A stretch of DNA of 64,000 nucleotides from the human T2T-CHM13v2.0 reference genome, Homo sapiens, in the NCBI RefSeq assembly GCF_009914755.1, contig NC_060925.1; one strand, written 5' to 3'. Below, piece after piece: positions 27,836 to 43,093 of this stretch; positions within the stretch are counted from its first letter, which is position 1; the number at the start of each line of letters is the position of its first letter. The position numbers and the translations under genes are program-made. The notes below the pieces were generated by a model, which did not search any database, was not told where the DNA came from, and saw only the letters and a program-made list of their open reading frames with translations.

Positions 27836-30800
27836 AAAGATCATTTTTTTATATAGACTTCAGCCCTTTGTAAATATTGTAACTGGGGAGTATAGAGTAG
27901 AAAAAAAGTATAGTTAAAACATTTGTTCTACAAATTAACCTTTAAAAATATAATTACTGCTAAAAATAGAGTGCTGTTACACTTAAGGAAAATTAGTGCC
28001 ATTTTGGAAATGAGATCTTGTGCCATAAATACAGCTGAACTGAATATAAATGTTCACAAATTAATGCTGTCAAAGGAATGAGTAAAGCAGAAGAACTTTT
28101 AACCAGCAACATTTCAAGTACGTAGTGTGATCAAACATGATCATCCAGAATTTGTATATTTTTTTCTTTGTACAGAGGTTACATATTCTGGGTGTTCTTT
28201 TATAAAGGAAACATTTTAAATCCCACAAATTGACACTTTCTATCTTCAATGGACTAAGATTTTTTTGGTCAGTAATCTCTGAAATTTCCTTAAATTATAT
28301 ACTTAACATAGCAGAGAAACTGGATTGTTTTTGTATATAAGACTGCTTCCACCTGAAATGCTGTCATAAGTACTGGGGGGGTGGGGGAGTGCCCATCTTG
28401 TACATGATATTCTTAGAGGTAATAAGGTAATGATGCATGAATTTATTTTATAAACTCTTGGACTATGTATTTGACATGTAAAATATGTACAGTATTAACG
28501 TCAACCATCTCTTTAAAGTTAGCCTATAAATATTGTTGTATAATTTTCTTTGGTCAGAAACACTTGGACTGAATAGTGACACTCGGTAAGGATTTTCAGT
28601 GCCATTTAGCAAAACGTCTTTAGTCTATGCAACTAGCAAAAATCTGCATAATGCAACAACACAGTTTTCACACTTCAAATTTTACATGAGGGGTTCTTCA
28701 CGATTCTCCTGGAACCCAGTCTAGCAAAATGAGAGGAAAGGCCCTAGGGAGATTTATTTCTGTTAAATAGTTAACTCTGCTGAGTATGACAAATAGTGTC
28801 TACTATCTCAACCCTCCAAAATTTGCAGAGTGTTGGGACTGTCATTTGTGATTTTTTTTTTTTTTTTTTTTGGTGGGGTAGTTGAATAAAATTGGGCAGC
28901 TAAATTTTTCAGTTCCATGTGCCTCCCAAATAAAAAACAGAAAATAAGTAGTTTTTGTGAATTGACTTGCAGACAAAGTAAAAACTGTGCTGCATGATGT
29001 TATTTTGTAAACAGATGACATTTTCTGACCAGGCACATGCCATCCAATTTTCTGTCAATCACACTGTTGTATAAAGCAGCAGAACTGAAGGGGAAAAATG
29101 ATTGTTGTATACACTGAATTGCTTTGCATGGTCTCATTTGAGATAATTGATGTAAGAATCCTGACTTTTTTATATTTGGAAACATCAAATAAAAATGGAA
29201 AAAATGAAAAAAAAAAAAAAAGAAGCTGAAATATAAAACTTTTAGAAGAAAACTAACTCTTTTGACCTGAGTTAAGCAGTAAATCTTTGTGACTTTGAGT
29301 TAGGCAGTAATTTCTTTGATGCAACATCAAGAGCACAAATAATAAAAGAGAAAAAAAGTTGATAAGTTGAACTTAATCAAAATGAAAAACTTCTGTGCTT
29401 CAAAGGACACCAACAAGTGAAAGAACAGCCCCACAGAATCAGAGAGCATATTTGCAAATTATACTATCTGTTAAGGGACTAGAATATAAAAAACACAAAT
29501 CAATAAGAAATGACAAATGATCTAAGTTGGGAATGGGCAAAGGATTACAAGATATTTTTCAAGAGAAAAATATGCAAATAAGCACATGAAAAGTCACTAG
29601 GAAAATATAAATCAAAAGCACAATGAGATATCAATTTTCACCCACTGGAATGGCTATAATAATATAGGCAGAAAATAATAATTGTTGGTAAGGATGTGGA
29701 GAAATTGGAAAGCTCATACACTGCTAGTGGGAAAGTAAAATGGTGTAGCCACATTGGAAAAGTTTGACAGTCCCTCTAAATGCTAAAAATAGAGTTACCA
29801 TATGACCCAGCAATTCTTTTATCTTGGGAATCTACCCAAAAGCAATGAAAACATATTTCCATACAAAAACTTGTGCACAAATATTCACAGAAACTTTATT
29901 CACAATAACCAAAAAGTAGAAACAACCCATTTGTCATCAACTGATGAACAGATAAACAAAATGTGAAATATCCATACAATGAAATATTATTTGGCAATAA
30001 AAAGGAATGAGGTACAGATAGATGCCACAATATAGATGAACCTCAAAAACATTCTGCTAAGTGAAGGAAGCCAGTCACAAAAGACCACATATTATATGAT
30101 CTCATTTATATAAAATGTCCAGAATAGGCAAATCCATAGAAACAGAAAGCAGATTAGTGTTTGTCTAGGACTAGAGGGAATAAAGGGGTGGGGTATGGGA
30201 GAATAGAATTGATGAGTGACTGCTAATGAATATAAGGTTTCTTTTGGAGATGATGAAAATATTCTAAAATTAATTATGGTGACGGGTGCCCTGCTAAATA
30301 GATATACTGAAAACCATTGAATTGTACACTTTAAATGCGAATTTTATAGAATACAAATTATATCTCAGTAAAACTGTTTTTAAAAAGTGGCTTCTTGTTC
30401 ACTCTTGAAAAAAGACACCTGATTGTTTGGTTCAGCACCCTCAAAAAATTTGTTCATGTAATGCATGAAGGAGCATGCTATGGGATTGGCCTAAGAAGTT
30501 GCTAGTAATAAAATCTAGAGGTTGTGAAGGCCTGGGGAAGAGAAGGAAGGAGTAAGGGATGGAGAAGGGAAATAAGGAATAAGTGAAGGGATGCACCCAG
30601 AAATGAAGGCACAATCATCTCACTGTTGAAAAACCAAGGGCAAAACAGAAAGGAAATGGGGGAGTGGAATTTGCAGATATCTTTACTGCCAACTGTGTAG
30701 AACTGGGGCTGAGGTGGTTCAAAGCAAAGCTACAAAGTAAATATTAAGAGGATAAAAACTTCACTGATTTGTTGAATATATAAGGCTTTGTACAACTCAC

Positions 30801-31058
30801 AGCGATTATTCGTTAAAAGTATACAAGCACTGTAGTCAGTTGGAAAAAGAATTATGATTCCTGTTGCCAAATTTGTATCAAAGCAAAATTATAATGTGAT
30901 CCTGCAATGAGCCAGAAAGAAACACAAAAAGTTTACTCCCCCCACCTACAAACAGAAACTGCTCCTTTATGTAACCTGAAGTTCATGTATATAGTCTTAT
31001 TTGTACAGATCCTTGCATCTCAAGATGGATTAGTGTTTTTCAACATGGCAACTTTTAA

Positions 31059-31396
<338 letters not shown>

Positions 31397-31404
31397 TAAA
31401 AAAT

Positions 31405-32975
<1,571 letters not shown>

Positions 32976-33657
32976 AAATTTTCTCCAAACATTAGCTCTT
33001 TTTAGAGACATGTTGGATTTGACATGTGTCCATGTTTTAAGTAAGATTTTTAAAATAAGAATACAGGGCAAGTTGAAATAAATGGTAACTCATTGTGTCT
33101 AGTAAGTCAGACACATACACACACCATCCTCCAAAAGCTCAAAGCATGTCAAGATACAAATCACACCAATGTTAGCCTCTTATTTATGTGTCTTAGCCCT
33201 GCCTACTCAAGAGCCTGTCTCCTCTTGACAGCTCTGTCATATAGGGTAGAAAATATAGAACAGCTGTGACCAGGGCTTACTCATCTGTACAGTCACTAGA
33301 TGATAATAGTTATAAAAATTAACATGTGTAAAGGGCTTTGTGGCATATAAGCCACTACTGTGCATATGATTTTAATTCAATTTTAATCTTTATAGAAACT
33401 CCTCTCCTCTCCTCCTCACCTCGGATGGGGGTATCAAAGCTTAGGAATGAAGTGACTTGTTAAGATCTCTCACTATGCTTTTTCCTCAAGTATATAAACA
33501 TTCCTGAACCTCTCTCAATTAAAAAAATGGAATTCATTCCTTATTACACATGCTTTCTAGCCAATCTTTCTTCTTTCATAACTAAGTGTTTTAGAGTAGC
33601 TTACACTCTCTGCCTCCCCCTCTTTGCATTCATATCGCTATTTTTTCCTTGTCTAAG

Positions 33658-35493
33658 GAATGTAATGTACTACATCAGGTCACATGCTGAAAGATTGCAC
33701 CTGGGGAATGCAGTCACCCACCTACCACAGTTTGGCTCATGCATAGATATTAAACACAACTTGAGGAATATCCTTGACTACTGAAGAAAGTAGGCAAACT
33801 CTGGGCAGGCACTCAGACTTGGGAAGCTTGCGGCATTCCTCTGAGGTCTAAGGAGCTTCCCATTCTATGGCTATCCTCCCTGTCCTTTCCTTTCCGAAGG
33901 AAAGGAAGGAAGGAAAGAAGGAAGGGAGGGAGGGAGGAAGGGAAGAAAGGAAGAATAGTTTCAAAACAAAGTTGTCTGACTACAAATTCTGTTCTGTTAT
34001 TAGATCCCTTCCAATTCACTGTTGTTGTGGTTGTTAAAATAAAGCACAAATTTTTACCACTTGTAGTAGAGAGGCCTTGTGAGAGACAGTTCCTCTACTC
34101 CAGAATTGTCACCCCTGTCTCCTATCAAAATGCCTCAGATTCTTCCATTTAAACTTTGGTAATGATGTCAATCTTGGAAGACTTTCTGGGTTGAGCAGAT
34201 TAAAGAAGCTGAACGTGATAGAAGGGAGAAGAAAGCTGCAAGGAACAGGGACTGGCCTGATGGCCTGCTTCATCTATTGCCCAAGCTCCCCACAGCCAGC
34301 TCTGGTCCCTTGTAGGATAGAAAGTACAACACAAAGAGGTGACTGAATAACTTAATGGTCTTGGATACACAGTCAGTCCTCTGCTCTCCCATCTGAACTA
34401 ACAATATTTCCTGTTCTGTTATCTGAAGTGTGAGGTTGGCACTCTATGATGACACAAGTGCCCACTTCCAGCCAAGCCAAGCAACCTTTCCTCCAGACTG
34501 AGTCAGTCACCTCCATTCTTTGTGTTCTGACCTTCCAGCTGCAAAAGTAGGGCCCAGATCTCACCTTCTTAGATTCTGAGGTAGTGAACCTGAACAGGTG
34601 AATTATAGAGCCACTGTGAAGCTCTAGATTTCCAAGGAGTTCTCCACCTTACCGGTGTTTAAAATCTGTACTTAGTTCCTATATATTTTTCCACACTTTT
34701 CATTCCCTTTCCTATAATTCCTTAATATCTCCTTTGATAGCAAAAGGGACAGATGTAAACAGGGTAGGCCATGAGCAAAATCAAGTAGGTAACATATGTC
34801 TTTGCTGCTCCATCTCCTTCCTTTCTCCTCCCTCCATTGAAGTCAGGAATCTAAAAATAGTCATCATACCTTAGTGTATGTTTAAAGTTCTCTTAACTGT
34901 ATCTCGCAAGGGCTTTATTTTTAGTTACAAAATTTTTATAAGTTGTTTTGGCCACTACTAGAAGCAGCCTTTCAGGGAGGTAGCAAAGGCATTTTTAGGG
35001 AACATTTTTAGGAGTCTTCATCTGGGAATCACCCCAAGCAGGGAGCTCCTCAGAAACATTCTCATGCCCCGGACCTTCGTGCTCACCACGCTTGACTGTG
35101 TAGGGAGTTTGAGATAAAATGGTCTACAGTCATTCATTTCGGGTACCTTCCTCTGGACTCTACATTTCTGGTCACTTTTCTGTCATCACCCAGCTTCTTA
35201 GGTCAGTACCCGGTGATACTCATGGTGATCCGGGAAGGCTGGACCAGGGAAGTGGAGGACAGGCTGTGCTGATGGTTTATTAAAGTCTGTGGCTTCTTAC
35301 TCCTCCACAAGACTCCTCATCAGAGGGTGCGGCTTGGGTCATGCTGGGCACTCAGCAGCTTTGTGGTGGGTATCGGTTTGTGCTTCCTCCCCTTTGCTTT
35401 CGATTCAATGCTTTCCTGTTGCAGTCTGAGCAGCTCTATTTAACCGCAGCCTCACAGCAACTACCACTGCATGCAAACTGGATCCATCTAGGG
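33658..35493 (+). pseudogene. Putative decayed multi-exon coding remnant, unidentified gene (5 exon-like blocks)
   Basis: Blocks 33658-33789, 34139-34338, 34539-34597, 35012-35326, 35425-35493 are AG..GT (last GC) bounded, phase-compatible, ~258 codons with four TGA stops only; splice sites chosen by eye. Confidence 0.5.
33896..33953. repeat. (GGAA/GGGA)n polypurine repeat
   Basis: Direct reading. Confidence 0.9.
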
Positions 35494-35879
35494 GCAAGTA
35501 TAGGGCAACCAGAGTGTAAGGGGTTGAGAGGTAAGAAAGGAGACTGCTAGAAGTCAGCTGGAAATGAAAAATTCCAAAGCTAGAATGTCATGATGAATAA
35601 CAACCAAGAAAACATTCCAGTACCATGAAAAAAAATACGTTCCAGTTTACATTCAGCTATGATTTTTAAAAACTGAACCCTAAGTTAATTAGTTCAAATA
35701 CAGTTTCATTAGAAAATATCTTTGCATTTTTCAAAGAAATATATAGGATAATATAAATCCTGGCTTTAATTCAAGAATTAATAAAAAAAATATTAAGAAT
35801 CCCAGTTCAGTTCTGATTCAGGAATAAGATAACTGATAATTTGAGGCTAGAATTTAGTCTACAGATGTTAGAGGCCCTA

Positions 35880-36920
35880 CAGTAGAACACTCCGAGCAGA
35901 GGAAACAGCATCTGTGAAGGCCTAGAGGCAAAAGGAAGCAGGGTATGTTTGAAACACTAGAGGTCAGTGTGAGTGGAGTTCAGACTGATGGCAAGTTACT
36001 GATCATGAGAGGCTTATGAACCGTGATAAGAAGTTCGGACTCCATCCTAAGGACGGTGAGAAGCAACTAAAGGATTTTAAACACAAGTGGTGAATTTACA
36101 GAACTGCATTTACATAAAGAACCATCTAGTGGTTAGTGGAAAATGATCCAAGGGGAGAAAACCTGGGGGCAGGAAACTAGCAAAGGGATGTGCAAAACGC
36201 CACATAGATGGTGATCACTTAGGCCAGTGGGGACAGGGAGAAACTGATGGATTCAAATATGTAGATTATACTGAATTTGGTTATTGACTGAATGTGGAAG
36301 GTGAGCAAAAGAGGCATTAAGGATGAATCCTACATTTCTGCCTAGAAAAACTGGGTAGATGGTGTGGCATATGTTTGGATGAGGAGCATTATTGGAGGAA
36401 TAGGTTTGAGGGAGGGAGTTGGTTAACAGGCTTTCAGGAATTTCTAATTGAAGAAGTTCTAGAAAGCAGTCAAAAGAGGTCAGGGAAGATAGAGATTTGG
36501 AAATAATTGGCAGATGGATCTCAATAATGCCATGGAAAGGGATGATATTTCTCACAGAAAATGTTTAGAGAGAAAAGAGGCTGATATAGAACAGGGTTCT
36601 GAGGAACACCAGTACTTTAGGAGTAAAGAGGAGCTTGCAAAGGATGCTGAAGACCCATGACTAAGATAGAGAAAAAATAATAGTGCAAAGGAAGAGTGAA
36701 TCTATCAAAGAGGATGTGACCAAAAGCATCACATGCTACCCTGATGCCAAGTAAGATCAAGGCTGATGTATCCACTGGATTTAGTAATATGGGAGGTGGC
36801 GGGGGGGCGTTAGTGTCCTGAGTGAAAGCCCTTTCAATACAATGGGAGCTGATGCCAGTTTAGATTGGGTTAAAAATTGTTTGAGAAGTGAAGAAATGGA
36901 AACAGCAAGAGCAGACATCT
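35880..36920 (-). mobile_element. L2 fragment
   Basis: Typical decayed L2 body motifs. Confidence 0.55.
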
Positions 36921-37678
36921 CATTCAGCAAGCTACACATACTATTCCTTTTCCCTCTACCTCTACCCTCTAAATTCCCTTTCATGCTGTCCCTATTTGGT
37001 AAATCTTGCTCATTCCAGGACAGGGCTGGAGTGAAGGAGATTTGCAAACCAACAGACAAAAATCTGAGGAATATATATATGTTTTTCCAGAAGCAAATTT
37101 AGCCAGGGCTGAAATTCAGGAAGTGAGTGACTTATTCCATGCTCACCAGACAAGAACTTTCAGCCAATAAAGAAGGGCTACACACTCCCTGGTGCCAATG
37201 TGGGGGTGTTGGTTACGTTAAGCCAAGAATGTGATGCAATTCTCAAGAACAGGAAGAGGTTTGGCTGGAATAGAAAGAGGACTCTGACTTGGTAGTGGTG
37301 GTAGCAGAAGTGGAGTGGGAAACAGGTAGTTTTTTCAAAAGAGTAAAGCTAGAGATTAACTGGCAAAAGCAGAAGGAATTGATAAACTGTAACTGAAAGC
37401 CTTCCTATTCCATCTCTGGTTGTAATAAAGCAGATAGAAAAAGCCTCACATTCAGAATTGGCTCTTCTAGCAATTATGAAAGAAATTACCCACCCCCTGG
37501 AGCTCTCTTGACATATAGGGTGTCCCTCTGGACTTTTTCTTCAAGCAAAGAGCAGCTATTTTGATTACAGATTAGAAAATTTATCTGTAAAATGGGGGAT
37601 AGTAGCTATCAACTTCACAGGGCTATGGTGAGTATCAAAGGGAAAACATGTCTGTGAGAGCACCTTATACGCTATTAA

Positions 37679-37795
37679 TATGCCTAGCCTACTTATAGTA
37701 GGCTAGCCTACTAGTTACTTATAGCCTACTGCTCAAGTTATCACCAAGGTCTGATTTTTTGACAAAAAAAAATTGCAACCTCCGGCCTAAGTGAG
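37679..37795 (+). mobile_element. MER85 (piggyBac/PGBD3 MITE), internally rearranged
   Basis: TTAA on both sides (37675-37678, 37796-37799); cctactgctcaag..caaggtctgattttt..aaaaaaa.ttgcaacctccggc matches MER85 as I recall it. Confidence 0.8.
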
Positions 37796-38365
37796 TTAAG
37801 AACAGTTCAAATGTTAGTTGCTCTTGTCATTACAAGATAATTCACTGACTAAAGATAGAAAGGCACGGGGATATTTGAATAATGAAAGAATGAGAAAGAT
37901 TAGATGTAGACAACATTTTATCTGAATGACAAACATATACTCTATGATAGGAACACATTTAGACACTGCTGAGGATCACTCTTTGGACTTAGGTAGGCAT
38001 CCTAAGCTATAAACAGGCCTGAACACCTTTTCTCTTACACATACGAAACAATTTATTTAAAAACTGGTGCTAAGTAGGATCTACAAATCTAGAGTTAAAT
38101 GGAAAAACATGGGTAGGAGTTTCTGGAAATATAAGTCAAATAATTAACATGAGATTGAAGAAACAGTCAATTATTTTCTTCACAGGACAGAGAAAAGGAA
38201 AAATCTTATTTGGAATGAATGTTATATTTATTGTAATAGGATTAGCTTTGTCACCTAAATACCATCATTTTTAAAGGGCTATTCTTTACAGTATAGTTCT
38301 TTTCCTCTCAAGGAAAAACTGCTTTAGACATTTTAATTGAGGAAAAGGCAGAGCCTTTGGAGTTT

Positions 38366-38382
38366 TGCTGCCCTCTTCTGGG
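38366..38382 (-). promoter_or_regulatory. Candidate CTCF motif
   Basis: Minus strand CCCAGAAGAGGGCAGCA fits CTCF core CCASYAGRKGGCRS with one deviation; non-repeat context. Confidence 0.5.
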
Positions 38383-39052
38383 AACATGAAGTCATAGCCT
38401 GAGAAATTGCTAGAGGATCCTAAATATTGCAATATATAACAGGAATAATTCCCTTTTCCCTATCAAAAGTAAAATAACTATGAAACTGGATGTTAGTCTC
38501 CAGAGAAAAGCCAGGATTGTACTGGTCACAAATGCTTTTTTAAACAGTTATAATAGTAATAAAAGTGAAACAGTATGGTATACTTGTACATCACTTCAAG
38601 GTTTATAAAATCTTCATGACCATTATTGCATTTTACCTTCTTTTATCCTCAAATAGTTCAAGTGAAGTAGGCAGAACAGACGTTATTCTCATTTTCACAT
38701 GGGGAAACTGAAGTACATAGTGTCTAAAAAACTTACCTAAAGTTCTGCTAGAGTGCTGAGCTGGGCCTTGAAGTCGTCTCCCGACTCAGAGTTCAATGCT
38801 CTTTTCACCCACTTCCCTACTGCATGCAATGTAAGTAACTTGTTTCTGTTGCAGTTACATCCCTCCTCAGCAATGTCTACATTACACCACAGTGTCCAGT
38901 AATTTATAGAAAGAAATCTGCTGCTTTGTATATGATTCTAGCAAGGCTACGCTGTTATTGTGGCAAAAACGGATATATTTAAATTCCACAAACGAGTGGA
39001 TGGGCTATAGCAGAACTTCTTAAACTTCTGCTTGGAAGTTCTTTAGTGTCTT

Positions 39053-39075
39053 TTCTTCTTCTTCTTCTTCTTCTT
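39053..39075. repeat. (CTT)n microsatellite
   Basis: Direct reading. Confidence 0.9.
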
Positions 39076-40339
39076 AGATTCTTTAAAGCAAGCAGAGTTT
39101 TGTAATATTAAGTCTCAACTCTGCTACTAGGGAAAAATGAGTTTGAGAAAGACGGAAGAAAAAGTGGAGTATAAAAATTTTTAAAAATCAAGAAAAACCA
39201 ATTTGAAAGTCAAAGTTCTTTTATTCTAAAGCTCTAAGTGTGCAAATAAACCCACTCTGTATATTTATGCAAATAGCTAAACAAAAGGCAGATAAATAGA
39301 TATAATCTTCAGTCCATGTATTGGCCTAACTGCTTGTCCCTGCATGCCCAGTCCAACAAACCTCACTGCCTACCTACACAACCAGCAAGTAAAAAATTGG
39401 GAGTTTAGCAGGTACAAATTGCCATCAGTTGGTCAAAACTAAGCCGGTAAAACCAGTTTCTTGGGTATGGTAAAATATTTCTTACTTTATATGGCATATT
39501 GGTCAAGGTATTTATCACTGAACTGGAGTCACTTTTTCAAAAAATTAGTTAACAGATCTGAAATGCTCATTAAATATTGTCTCCACAACGTAAAAGTAAT
39601 CGTAAGCATAATGGTCAATTGGAAACATTCCCAGTCCAAGATCTGTTGCTATATTTGACTTCTGTGCTTTCTCCCCAAGTCTAATTTATCTCTATGCCTT
39701 AATTTCTCCTCCTTCTTTGCCTCCATACCTTTCAATTGTTTCTGCCACCAAAGAATCAATTTCACTTGCTGTATTGTTTTCCCTTCTCCAATGTGTTTAC
39801 TATATGTTGATATAATTGTACTGGTTCTCTCTTTTGTTGCGACTTTTCAATGTGCCTTTCTTTTCCCATTTCATTACTAGACCTACACCCTTTTGCCCCA
39901 CTTTGTTTTCTTCTTTTATTCAAATTGTGTGTACCTATGATTCATGAAACCCAGTTCCAAAAAACTTATGCATACATCTCTGTAATTCAGTGAACTTATA
40001 CCACGAATATTTGTTGCCCACCTCCAATGTGTCAGCCACCGCACCCAATGCCAAGGATTCAAATTGAATAATAATTGATCTCTATCCCAGGCATCTCATA
40101 AGGCACATAGCCAAGGAGACAAACAAGTATGCACTGACAGCTAGTTTAAATTTGTAGGTTTTATAATAGAAATATGAACAAGTTATTGTGGGAGAATGAA
40201 AACACAGCTTCTCCCAGGTCAGAGAGAAGGGGGGTATGAGAATGTCAGAGAGGCTTTATGAAAGAGACATTTGAGCTGGGTCTTTGAAGGAAGAGCAGAA
40301 CTTTACCAGGTGTCTTGTTTGTTTTGCTATATGCTTTAT

Positions 40340-43090
40340 TTTACATTTTTAAAACACTTTTCTTTAAGGTTTTGGTGTACAGATTATTTTGTTACCTGGT
40401 AATAAGCACAGTACCCAATAGGTAGTTTTTCTGTCCTCTCCCTCCTCCCACCCTCTACCGTTAAGTAGGTCTTGGTGTCTGTTGTTCCCTTGTGTACATG
40501 TGTACTCAATGTTTAGCTCCCGCTTATAAGTGAGAATATGCGGTATTTGGTTTTCTGTTCCTACATAATTTAGCTTGGGATAATTGCCTCCAGCTCCATC
40601 CATGTTGCTGCAAAGAACATAATCTTATTTTTTTATGGCTGTGTATATTCCACGGTGTACGTGTACCACATTTTCTTTATCCAGACTACCACTGATGGGC
40701 ATTTAGGTTGATTCCATGTCTTTGCTATCGTGAATAGTGCTGCGATGAACATATGCGTGCATGTGTCTTTATGGCAGAACAATCTGTATTCCTTTAGGTA
40801 TATATCCAATAATGGGATCGCTGGGTCGAGTGGTAATTGTTGCCGGTTCTTTGAGAAATCACCAAAGTGCTTTGCACAACGGCTGAACGAATTTACATTC
40901 CCATTAGCACTATATAAGTGTTCCATTTTCTCTGCAACCACGCCAGCATCTATTGCTTTTTGACTTTTTAATAGCCGTTCTGATTGGTATGAGATGGTAT
41001 CTCATTGTGGTTTAGATTTGCATTTCTCTAATTATTAGTGATGTGGAACATTTTTTCATATGCTTCTTGGCCACATGTATGTCTTTTTGAAAAATGTCTG
41101 TTCGTGTCATTTGCCCACTTTTTAACGAGGTTGTTTTTTGCTTATAAAGTTCCTTATAAATTCTGGATATTAGACTTCTCTAGGATGCATAGTTTGCAAA
41201 TATTTTCTCTCATTCTGTAGGTTATCTGTTTACCGTGTTCACTGTTTTGTTTGTTTGTTTTTGGCTATGCTAAAGCTCTTTAATTAGATTCCATTTGTCA
41301 ATTTTTGTTGTAGTTGCAATTGTTTTTGGCATCTTTGTTATGAAATCTTTGCCAGGTCCTATTCCAGAATAGTATTTCCCAGGCTATCTTCCACGGCTTT
41401 TATAGTTTTAGGTTTTATATCTAAGTCTCTACTTCATATGAGTTGATTTTTGTATATGGCATAAGGAAGGGGTCCAGTTTCAATCTTATGCATATGGCTA
41501 GCCACTTATTTCAGCACCATTTATTGAATAGGGAGTCCTTTTCTCATTGCTTGTTTTTGTCAACTTTTTTCAAATATCAGATCATAGGTGTGCAGCATTA
41601 TTTCTGGGCTCTTTTCCGTTCCATTGGTCTATGTGTCTGTTTTTGTACCAGTACCCTGCTGTTTTGGTTACCGAAGCCTTGTAGTATAGTTGAAATTGGG
41701 TAGTGTAATGCCTTCAGCTTTGTTCATTTTGCTTAAGATTGTTATGGCTATTCAGGCTCTTTTTTAAGTTCCATATGAATTTTAAAAGTTTTTTTTTCTA
41801 ATGCTGTGAAGTATGTCACTGGTAGTTTCATAGGAATAGCATTGAATCCATAAACTGCATTGCGAAGTACAGCCATTTTAACAACACTAATTCTTCCTAT
41901 CCATGAGCATGGAATCTTTTTCCATTTGTTTGTGTCATCTCTGATTTGAGTAGTGTTTTGTAATTCTTCTTGTAGAGATCTTTCACCTCGTTATCTATAT
42001 TTCTAGGTATTTTTGTGTGTGTGTGGCTATTGTGAATGAGATTGCATTCTTGATTTTGACCCTCAGATTGAATGCTATTGGTGTATAGAAATGCCACTAA
42101 TTTTTGTACATTAATTTTGTATCCTGAAACTTTGCTAATTGTTTATCAGATCAAAGAGCTTTTAGGCAAAGACTATGGGGTTTTCTACAGAATCATATTG
42201 TCTGCAGAGATAGTTTGACTTCCTCTTTTCCTTGGATGTCTTATATTTCTTTCTCTAACCTGTTATCTCTGACTAGGACTCTCAGTACTATGTTGAATAG
42301 GATTGGTGAGAGTGGGCATCTTTGTCTTATTCTGGTTCTCACAGGGAGTATTTCTAGCATTTGGCCCATTCGGTATGATGTTGGCTGTGGGCTTATCATA
42401 GATGGCTCTTATTTTGAAGTATGTTCCTCTAATGCCTAGTTTGCTGAGGGTTTTTAACATGAAGGGATGTTGAATTTTATTGAAAGCCCTTTCTGCATCT
42501 ATTGAGATGACCATGTGGTTTTTGTTTTTAGTTGTTTATGTGATGAATCACATTTATTGATTTGCATATGTTGAACCAAACTTGCATCCCAGGGATAAAG
42601 CTTGCTTGATTGTGGTGGATTCGTTTTTGACATGCTGCTGGGCTTGGTTTGCTAGTCCAGCAAATTGAGTCGTTGAGGATTTTTGCATCTATGTTCCTCA
42701 AGGTTATCCATATTCAGAACTCTATTTTTGTCATGTCAGCCTGGTTAAGAACCACTGTTGGGGAAATAGCGCAGTTGCTTGAAGGTAAGAAGGCACTCTG
42801 GCTTTCTGAGTTGCCGGAGTTCTTGTGCTGGTTCTCACCTGTGTGGTCTGATGTTGCTTCAACCTTTGAAGTTGCTGTTTCTTGGATAGGTTTTTCTGCT
42901 TTTGTCTTCTTTGATGCCCTTGGGGGTCTGAATGTTGCATATAATGGGCTCAGCCAAGTGGCCTCATTTCTGGAAGATTGTAGGGGCCAAGGCTGAGCTC
43001 AGCACTCATGAGCTGTGTATTCTAACTCTGAGGAGGCTGGTACTGGACCTCTGGCTTTGTTTTCTAGCCCCTCAAGGTTAGGAGCCTAGC
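40340..43090 (-). mobile_element. L1P fragment (3'UTR+ORF2 to ~42700, joined to a 5'/ORF1-like L1 piece)
   Basis: ORF2-derived peptides in ORF track ([26 protein letters not shown]); abrupt change ~42700. Confidence 0.8.
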
Positions 43091-43093
43091 AGG

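Noticed and set aside
35143-35193. Possible 51-nt intron inside fossil exon block
   Set aside because: Too short, weak donor, and frame reads through it without stops.
40364-42996. Cluster of ORFs resembling reverse transcriptase
   Set aside because: Frameshifted L1 remnants; no intact ORF1/ORF2, not an active element.
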